A stretch of 64,000 bases of DNA. It comes from an uncultured Verrucomicrobiae bacterium. Lineage in GTDB: Bacteria; Verrucomicrobiota; Verrucomicrobiia; Chthoniobacterales; JAFAMB01. The translations under genes and the position numbers were made by a program. Location of the stretch: NCBI GenBank assembly GCA_963762565.1, contig CAVXLD010000007.1, positions 320,001 through 384,000 of the forward strand. The letters are read 5' to 3'. Numbering within the stretch: position 1 is the first letter of the stretch; every line of letters begins with the position of its first letter. Below are positions 56,920 to 64,000 of this stretch, piece by piece. The notes under the pieces were generated by a model. It was not told the DNA's origin. It made no database searches and saw nothing but the letters and a program-made list of their open reading frames with translations.

Positions 56920-59682
56920 CTAATCACCTGCACTACCCCCTGGCCTTTCCCCGTCGAGATACATCTCCGCCAGCATTACCTCGGTCATACGATCATAATT
57001 GACCTCGAAGCCAACTTTCCGGGAGACGTCTCGCATGCCATAATTATCGGGTAATATATGCCCGATAATGCGGTTAACACCTTCCTGCCGGCCGATATCT
57101 ACCAGCAGCGTCAGGAGGCGGGTCCCTAATCCTTTTCCCTGGAACTGATCGCTAACCAAGAGGGCAAACTGAGCTTCATCCCCGCTATGCGCTTTGATCA
57201 ATCTGCCGGTCGCAATGATCTCATCCTCTTTCGTTTCCGGATTTTGACGAATCGCAACTAGTGCAATCTCCCGGTCGTAGTCGTTGAAACAAATTCGAGT
57301 TAATCGTTCATGCGCTACTCGTTTTTCGAGCTTGGATACGCCGAAGTAGCGAAAATGCACGGTTTCTTCGGACAAAGTGCCATGAAATCGTACCATCAAA
57401 GGTTCGTCCTCCGGCCGGATCGGCCTGAGTGTCACTGGGGTTCCATCTTTCAATGTCCAGGTGCTGGCATACTGTTGCGGGTAAGGCCGAATCGCGAGCG
57501 GCGGTAAGTCTTTCTTCGCCATACCTGACTCGTGCAAAACGATCCTGGCATCGAGAGCTAGCAGCTGGTCGGACGAGACCACCAGTGGATTCACATCGAT
57601 TTCTTTGATCCAACGTTGTTCGGCTACTAATAAGCTGAACTGCACCAGCACACGTTCCAATTCTGCCAAATCGACAGCGGCTCTGCCGCGTACGCCTTGC
57701 AGGGCAGTGTAGATATGGGTTCGCTCTATCAGCCTCCGAGCTAACGTCGCATTCAGGGGCGGCAATCCTAACGCATAGTCCTTCATGACCTCAACTAGTT
57801 GCCCTCCTGATCCGAACAAAAGTACCGGACCAAATTGTGCATCGATACTGCTGCCAAGGATCAATTCATAACCCTCTGCTTTGACCATAGGTTCGACCGT
57901 AACTCCGAGAAATGCTCCCGGTTTGTCCCTGACCGCGTCCTCGATTTGCCGGTAAGCACGCCGAATTTCGTCTTCGCTTTGCAGGTTCAATTTGACGCCG
58001 CCAACATCAGTCTTGTGGGTAATAACCTCGGAACACAATTTCAGAACTACCGTTTTACCTAGCTTCTTCGCTCCCTGTACGGCTTCTTCCTCGTTACGGG
58101 CAATGAGAGTTTTGACCGTCGGTATGTCATAAGCTTCCAGTACCTCTTTTGATTCTACCTCGGTCAGAAGCGTGCGATTGCTCTTTCGCACTTCCTTGAG
58201 GATCTTTTCCGCTCGCAAACGGTTTGATGAATCATCGGACCATTTGCTGGAAAGGGCCGGCGTTTCGTAAAGCAGGCGCAGGTTGTCGCTGTAGCGCCAC
58301 ATGTAACAAAAAGTTCGAGCGGCGGCATCCGGGAACTGGAAAGTTGGTATACCACCTGCATTGAGGATGGCTTCACCTTCGGCAACCTTAGCGGCCCCCA
58401 TCCAGCTAGCCAAAATCGGTTTCCCGGAGAGATTCTTAAAGCCGGCCAGTCCTTTAGCGATCGCGGTAGAATCGGTCATTGCTTGAGGCGTCACAATGGC
58501 CAAGACACCATCGATGTTGGGATCGGCACTAACAATTTCAATGGCTTTGATGTATCGTTCCGCATCGGCATCGCCGAGCACATCCACGGGATTGTTGCGG
58601 CTCCAATGGCTGGGGAGCAGCGCATTGAGCTGCTGAAAGCTTTCAGCGGATAGCTGGGCAATTTCTCCGCCTTCTTCCGCCAACATATCCGTGGCCAGCA
58701 CAGCGGGTCCGCCGGCATTGGTTACCAATGCCAAGCGGGGGCCTTCAGGTCGCGGTTGCTTGCTCAGTACTTCTGCCATCGAAAACAGATCCTCGATGGT
58801 CTTTACTCGCAGCACGCCGACTCGCCGAAAGGCCGCTTCCAACACGGCGTCGTTACCGGTAAGCGTGCCCGTATGGGAAGCGACTGCTTTGGCGGCGGCC
58901 TCCGTACAGCCGGCCTTTATTACGATAATTGGTTTGCGCAGGGCCGTCTCGCGAGCGGCGGAAAGGAACGATCGAGCGTCGCCCACTGATTCCATGTAAA
59001 TGAGGATACTTCTGGTATGGGGATCCTGTGCCAGGTAATCGATTAAATCTCCCCAGGTTACGTCCAACATCGACCCGGTGGAAATAAATGCGCTAAATCC
59101 AACCTGCTCGCGAATGCTCCAATCCAGTACGGATGTGCACAGGGCCCCGCTTTGGCTGATGAAGGCGACATTTCCCTTTAGAGCCATGCTATCGGCGAAG
59201 GTGGCGTTCAAACCCAGATTCGGCATCATGACCCCGAGGCAATTCGGCCCAATGATCCGCATATCGCCTTGGCGTGCTACTATCTCTTGCTCCAATTTTA
59301 TCCCGTCAGCGCCGATTTCTTTGAATCCGGCGGTAATGATGACTGCACCATTCACTCCGGCGGCGGCACATTCGCTGATCAGGTTCGGGACAGTTGGAGC
59401 AGGCGTAGCGATGATGGCCAGGTCGACGGGCTGAGGTGTGTCGCTAATCTTGGCGAAGGTGTTCACTCCTAACACCGTGGCTCGCTTGGGGTTGATAGGA
59501 TAAACGTCTCCGCTGAACGGACGGAGATTCTCCATCAAGGTACGCCCAACGCTGTTCTCTGTTTCAGTCGCGCCGATCACTGCAACGGCTCGAGGATTCA
59601 ACATGGCATCCAGCCTGGACCGACGGTGGTCAATGCGGCGACGGAATGGCTTGGTAACAGGCGAAGCTGATGTCGTGCTCAT
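56920..59682 (-). CDS. Acetate-CoA ligase (ADP-forming)-like domains fused to a GNAT acetyltransferase (Pat/YfiQ type)
   Basis: [32 protein letters not shown]-terminal LRPIRPEDE...V.D..QGKGLG..L. Confidence 0.93.
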   Translation of the reverse strand: MSTTSASPVTKPFRRRIDHRRSRLDAMLNPRAVAVIGATETENSVGRTLMENLRPFSGDVYPINPKRATVLGVNTFAKISDTPQPVDLAIIATPAPTVPNLISECAAAGVNGAVIITAGFKEIGADGIKLEQEIVARQGDMRIIGPNCLGVMMPNLGLNATFADSMALKGNVAFISQSGALCTSVLDWSIREQVGFSAFISTGSMLDVTWGDLIDYLAQDPHTRSILIYMESVGDARSFLSAARETALRKPIIVIKAGCTEAAAKAVASHTGTLTGNDAVLEAAFRRVGVLRVKTIEDLFSMAEVLSKQPRPEGPRLALVTNAGGPAVLATDMLAEEGGEIAQLSAESFQQLNALLPSHWSRNNPVDVLGDADAERYIKAIEIVSADPNIDGVLAIVTPQAMTDSTAIAKGLAGFKNLSGKPILASWMGAAKVAEGEAILNAGGIPTFQFPDAAARTFCYMWRYSDNLRLLYETPALSSKWSDDSSNRLRAEKILKEVRKSNRTLLTEVESKEVLEAYDIPTVKTLIARNEEEAVQGAKKLGKTVVLKLCSEVITHKTDVGGVKLNLQSEDEIRRAYRQIEDAVRDKPGAFLGVTVEPMVKAEGYELILGSSIDAQFGPVLLFGSGGQLVEVMKDYALGLPPLNATLARRLIERTHIYTALQGVRGRAAVDLAELERVLVQFSLLVAEQRWIKEIDVNPLVVSSDQLLALDARIVLHESGMAKKDLPPLAIRPYPQQYASTWTLKDGTPVTLRPIRPEDEPLMVRFHGTLSEETVHFRYFGVSKLEKRVAHERLTRICFNDYDREIALVAIRQNPETKEDEIIATGRLIKAHSGDEAQFALLVSDQFQGKGLGTRLLTLLVDIGRQEGVNRIIGHILPDNYGMRDVSRKVGFEVNYDRMTEVMLAEMYLDGERPGGSAGD

Positions 59683-59935
59683 AGTGACTAATATCAGTTG
59701 TTTACTTCAAGCGGCTTATCCGAGATTGCTTAAATGTCTGCCGATTTTGGCGACCAAAATCCGGTTATGATGATGGCAAAAACTCGACGAATCGAGAATA
59801 AAAGCGAGCATTACCCGCTTTCTCTTTTGTGGAAGTAAATAGCAGCCCACATATGGCCAATCTATGGCCAGACAGGCATAGGCTAGACAACCTATTTTCA
59901 AAGTAAGGGGCTTTTGCTCGAAACTAACAATGTAG

Positions 59936-61246
59936 ATGAAATCAATGAATACACCTGTTTGCGAAACACCGACAGGCGTTGCGCCGGCGGCAATCCCGAA
60001 TTGCTGGACCAGGGCAGAGCCGCGGTGGAAAGATATCGTTCGCCCATATAGCAAAAAGGAAGTTGAACGGCTCCAAGGAACGGTAAAGATCGAACATACC
60101 TTGGCGCGATTGGGCGCCGAGCGGCTCTGGAAGCTGCTCCAGGAGGAGGATTACGTGGCGGCACTAGGAGCGCTGACGGGAAATCAAGCGGTCCAGCAGG
60201 TTCAGGCTGGCCTAAAGGCTGTCTACCTCAGTGGGTGGCAAGTCGCGGCAGATGCCAATCTCGCAGGCCAAATGTATCCCGACCAGAGTTTGTATCCAGC
60301 CAACAGCGTGCCGGCCGTCGTTAAGCGAATCAACAATGCGTTGCTCCGGGCGGACCAGATTTGTCATCTGGAGGGAAAACATCAGACCCATTGGCTAGCG
60401 CCGATCGTCGCTGATGCCGAAGCCGGATTCGGTGGACCGCTGAATGTCTTTGAATTGGTTAAATCGATGATCGAGGCGGGTGCTGCCGGAGTTCATCTGG
60501 AGGATCAACTCGCCGCCGAAAAGAAGTGTGGCCACATGGGCGGAAAGGTCCTAATTCCAACTCAGCACGCGATTAAACATCTGATTGCGGCCAGGTTGGC
60601 AGCGGACGTCTGCCAAGTTCCAACTGTGCTCCTGGCCAGAACTGATGCGAACGCGGCTAATCTTCTGACAAGTGATGTGGACGAGCGAGATAAGCATTTC
60701 ATCACCGGTGAACGAACCGCGGAGGGATTCTATCGAGTTCGTGCCGGAATCGATCAAGCCATTGATCGCGGACTTTCTTACGCTCCTTATGCGGATCTGC
60801 TCTGGTGTGAAACCGGCGAGCCGAATCTGGCTGATGCCAAGCGATTTGCCGAAGCAGTGCATCAGCAGTATCCGGGCAAAGTACTGGCTTATAACTGCTC
60901 GCCGTCATTTAACTGGAAAAAGAAACTTGATGATGCGGCGATCGCGCGGTTCCAGCGCGAGCTTGGGGCGATGGGATACAAGTTCCAGTTCATCACCCTG
61001 GCCGGTTTTCACGCGTTGAACTACAGCATGTTTACCCTGGCCCGAGGTTACCGAGAGCGCGGTATGGCCGCCTACGCCGAGTTGCAGGAGGCCGAGTTTG
61101 CCGCCGAGGCGGATGGATATACCGCCACGCGGCACCAACGGGAGGTCGGTACCGCGTATTTCGACGAGGTAAGCCAGGTCATCTCCGAAGGCGAATCTTC
61201 GACAACGGCGTTACATGGGTCTACCGAATTAGAACAATTCCATTAG
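59936..61246 (+). CDS. aceA: Isocitrate lyase
   Basis: [36 protein letters not shown]. Confidence 0.97.
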   Translation: MKSMNTPVCETPTGVAPAAIPNCWTRAEPRWKDIVRPYSKKEVERLQGTVKIEHTLARLGAERLWKLLQEEDYVAALGALTGNQAVQQVQAGLKAVYLSGWQVAADANLAGQMYPDQSLYPANSVPAVVKRINNALLRADQICHLEGKHQTHWLAPIVADAEAGFGGPLNVFELVKSMIEAGAAGVHLEDQLAAEKKCGHMGGKVLIPTQHAIKHLIAARLAADVCQVPTVLLARTDANAANLLTSDVDERDKHFITGERTAEGFYRVRAGIDQAIDRGLSYAPYADLLWCETGEPNLADAKRFAEAVHQQYPGKVLAYNCSPSFNWKKKLDDAAIARFQRELGAMGYKFQFITLAGFHALNYSMFTLARGYRERGMAAYAELQEAEFAAEADGYTATRHQREVGTAYFDEVSQVISEGESSTTALHGSTELEQFH

Positions 61247-62977
61247 TTGAACTGCGAACTGCAATCCGGGAAACTGACTGATAGCCGGTTGGCGGCTCTC
61301 TGCGCGACCGCTGCCTACCGGGCATTTCTAAGGTATCGCGCTGAGTTTCACACGATTACCCGGCGAGCTGCAGACCGGTTTTTGCGTCGTGACTGGCCGG
61401 GGGCCTACTCAGATGCGGCAGAGCGCCTCGGTCTATATAGCCAGGTACTGGACGAGCTAGTCGCTGCTATTCACGGGTTGATGGGCAATCGTCTCGAAGA
61501 AAAAACTGTCTGGGTTGCAATCAAAGCGGTTTACTCATCCTTGATCACCTTTTGCGACGATTGGGAAATTGCTGAGAGTTTTTTCAACTCTTTGACCCGG
61601 CGTGTTTTCACCACCGTCGGCGTCAATCAGCAGATCGAGTTTGTTGACAGCGACTTTGATGCTCCACCTACCGGGTCTTCCGGCACAGGGCAACGAGTTT
61701 ATCAGGGAGGCGCACCTCCAGTGTTACTGGGAGCGATCTTAACTGATTTGGGTTTTCCCGCGGAATATTATGCCGACTTGACCGCGGCGGTCACGGCTGC
61801 TGCTGCTCGTTTAGAGATTGAATTGGGGGGTACCGTCACTCGGATTGAGATGGTGGAAAATGTCTTCTTTCGCGGAAAGAGCGCTTATTTGGTGGGCGCC
61901 GCGTTTCGGGGCGACGATCAACGCGGCTTTCCTATCGGACTCGCATTGCTGCACCGCCAGACTGGAATAACCCTCGACGCTTTGCTCGTGGGCGAAGATG
62001 ACATCGCCATCCTTTTCAGCTTCACTCGTTCATACTTCCGGGTGGATGCGACACAGCCCTACGAGCTGGTGCGTTTTTTAAAATCGCTGATGCCCCGCAA
62101 GCCTTTGGCAGAACTCTATACTGCAATCGGTTACAATAAACACGGCAAAACCGAATTTTACCGTGACTTCCTGCACCACCTTGACGTCTCCGAAGACCAA
62201 CTCGAGAAAGCTGAAGGAGAGCGGGGAATGGTAATGGCCGTTTTCACTCTTCCCTCCTATGATGTCGTCTTTAAGCTGATCAAGGATCGATTCGACTACC
62301 CAAAGGACTCTTCTAGATCAGAGGTGATGCGCAAGTACCGCTTGGTCTTTGAGCATGACCGCGCCGGACGGTTAGTTGAGGCATATGAATTTGAGCATCT
62401 ACGAATTCCAAGCGACCGCTTCCGGCCGGAGTTACTCGAAGAGCTGCAGCGCGGTGCGGCGAGTACGGTTACTATCGAGGACAGTGATGTCGTGATTAAG
62501 CATGTTTATGTCGAGCGCCGGGTGCGACCACTGAACCTCTATCTTGCGGAAACGAACGAACTCGCTGCTCGCGCTGCGGTGCTTGATTATGGCCAGGCGG
62601 TTAAAGACCTTGCCGCGACGAACATTTTTCCAGGAGACCTCCTTCTGAAGAACTTTGGCGTCACGCGACACGGACGTGTGGTTTTCTACGATTATGACGA
62701 GCTCTGCTGGCTGACCGATTGCAATTTTCGTGAGCTACCGGCAGCCACTAGCTATGAAGAAGAGATCGCAAGCGAGCCGTGGTTCTTCGTACATGAAAAC
62801 GACATTTTCCCGGAAGAATTTCTGCGCTTCCTAGGCTTCCGCCCGGATCTAGTTAAAATCTTGGTTGCCTACCATGGCGACTTGTTCGAAGCCGCGGCCT
62901 GGCGACGCGTGCAGAGCGCTCTTCTGGCTGGAAATATCCTGGACATCTTCCCGTACAGTGCGGACAAACGGCTGTAA
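61247..62977 (+). CDS. aceK: Isocitrate dehydrogenase kinase/phosphatase
   Basis: KHGKTEFYR, G..GMVM.VF, VFKLIKD.F, HDRAGR, NIFPGDLLLKNFGVTRHGRVVFYDYDE. Confidence 0.95.
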   Translation: MNCELQSGKLTDSRLAALCATAAYRAFLRYRAEFHTITRRAADRFLRRDWPGAYSDAAERLGLYSQVLDELVAAIHGLMGNRLEEKTVWVAIKAVYSSLITFCDDWEIAESFFNSLTRRVFTTVGVNQQIEFVDSDFDAPPTGSSGTGQRVYQGGAPPVLLGAILTDLGFPAEYYADLTAAVTAAAARLEIELGGTVTRIEMVENVFFRGKSAYLVGAAFRGDDQRGFPIGLALLHRQTGITLDALLVGEDDIAILFSFTRSYFRVDATQPYELVRFLKSLMPRKPLAELYTAIGYNKHGKTEFYRDFLHHLDVSEDQLEKAEGERGMVMAVFTLPSYDVVFKLIKDRFDYPKDSSRSEVMRKYRLVFEHDRAGRLVEAYEFEHLRIPSDRFRPELLEELQRGAASTVTIEDSDVVIKHVYVERRVRPLNLYLAETNELAARAAVLDYGQAVKDLAATNIFPGDLLLKNFGVTRHGRVVFYDYDELCWLTDCNFRELPAATSYEEEIASEPWFFVHENDIFPEEFLRFLGFRPDLVKILVAYHGDLFEAAAWRRVQSALLAGNILDIFPYSADKRL

Positions 62978-63033
62978 CGAGCGTGTGGGCGTTGGGCGCG
63001 TATGGACGAACGGGCAGCGCGGCGGGACGCATC

Positions 63034-63273
63034 GGTAGGGCGAGGCTCCCGAAAGACCTGGACGCGTTGCCAGGGTGTAGAGTGATCCATACGGCGTTCG
63101 TAATATTAGGCCGACAGGCGCGCCGAGCCGTTCACCCCAGACGTGCCACCGTCCAACGCGAAGCCACATCGGTCACCGCGGCTCGGCCGGTTTTCGGCGT
63201 AGCGGGCGAATCGGCCAATCAACCGCATCATCTCCGCACAAGCTGCCAGTGTATTCGGGAGCCTCGCCCTACC
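63034..63273. repeat. GTAG-type REP inverted pair
   Basis: GGTAGGGCGAGGCTCCCGA (63034-63052) and its exact reverse complement (63255-63273) between convergent genes. Confidence 0.85.
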
Positions 63274-63346
63274 AGCGTTTCGTGCCGCGCCGCCCAACAT
63301 GCCCACCTGCCGATCCGCCGACACGCCCGGCATGTTCCCCAACGCG

Positions 63347-63898
63347 CTACAATATGACTTCCGGCGGCACACCCAGCTGATTGCGGGCCGCGAACCAATC
63401 GGACTCTGCATCCCCAGGGTAACTCCCGCCCCCTTGGACCCGTCGCGCCCAAATCGAGAATGCAAGGTTCTGCACCTTAGCGCGCAATTCCTCCATTTTT
63501 GATTGAGCCACCTCCGATTTCAGTTCTTCGAGAGCGGTGTAATCCTCAAGTGTGCTCAGGTCGCCCAACGGCTTCTCTTCCACGACGGCCTGAATCGCGC
63601 GTCGCACAATCTTGCCAGACCGGGTTCGCGGCAGCTGTTTAACAATGTGGATTGCAACCGGACGCGCAATCGCCCCGAGACGCCCGAGAATAATTTGAAT
63701 GATCTCATTCTTCAGTTCCGGTTCCTCTTTTAGCGAGCCTTGACGAACAACAGCGAAGCAATGAATTACTTGCCCTTTTATCTCGTCGTCGAGGAAAGGA
63801 GTTTTCCAATGGATTGCTTCCGCCTGGCCTTGCCAAAAGGAAGTCGGATCGGTTACTGACCAGTTATACAATTCACTATAAGAGCTCGAGTCGTTCAT
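63347..63898 (-). CDS. Internally deleted acyl-CoA synthetase (Acs/PrpE N- and C-termini) fused to a DUF2934-like domain
   Basis: Y..SVTDP..FW..QA..IHW..PF joined to DEIKGQ...LPRTRSGKIVRR...GDLSTLED, then LAFSIW..R..GG...G.AESDWF.A. Confidence 0.75.
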   Translation of the reverse strand: MNDSSSYSELYNWSVTDPTSFWQGQAEAIHWKTPFLDDEIKGQVIHCFAVVRQGSLKEEPELKNEIIQIILGRLGAIARPVAIHIVKQLPRTRSGKIVRRAIQAVVEEKPLGDLSTLEDYTALEELKSEVAQSKMEELRAKVQNLAFSIWARRVQGGGSYPGDAESDWFAARNQLGVPPEVIL

Positions 63899-64000
63899 GG
63901 GAAAGCGCACCCTTCACGTTTCGTTTATTTGCTTCCGCCTTTGGCAGTGGTAGGAACTGCGATTCCCTCACCGTGAGGCGGATGCTTTTCGGACTTGGCG

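Noticed and set aside
1..64000. tRNA, rRNA, prophage or defence systems
   Set aside because: No cloverleaf, rRNA, phage structural or defence-gene signatures were recognised.

Overview
A 64 kb bacterial window at roughly 55% GC (by eye). Gene style and repeat families suggest a soil Verrucomicrobia (Chthoniobacterales-like) genome, which is my inference and unverified. Most of it is a low-oxygen/dormancy gene cluster. Regulators: a PAS-GAF-HisKA_3 kinase with a NarL-type regulator and two PocR-AraC regulators. Stress and translation factors: about 12 universal stress protein (USP) loci, HPF, DksA-like and YbaK-like genes. Energy metabolism: a bidirectional NiFe hydrogenase (hoxEFUYHW), PFOR (nifJ) with a DHOD-like partner, ferredoxin, PPDK, H+-PPase, malic enzyme, an acetate-CoA ligase/GNAT fusion, a deacetylase and aceA-aceK. 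Two redox modules look unusual: a six-gene cytochrome c / outer-membrane porin / cytochrome c / Rieske / cytochrome b / cytochrome c operon, and an SdhBCD set headed by a GlpA-like flavoprotein instead of SdhA. At the left end one palindromic REP-like element has been hit twice: by a probable IS110 element at a CT core and by an ORF-less group II intron. Several genes are hollowed out by internal deletions (ldh, acs/prpE, NRAMP). Intergenic regions carry many 7-nt tandem arrays and inverted repeats. No tRNA, rRNA or CRISPR array was seen. All calls are by-eye motif recognition; no searches were run.
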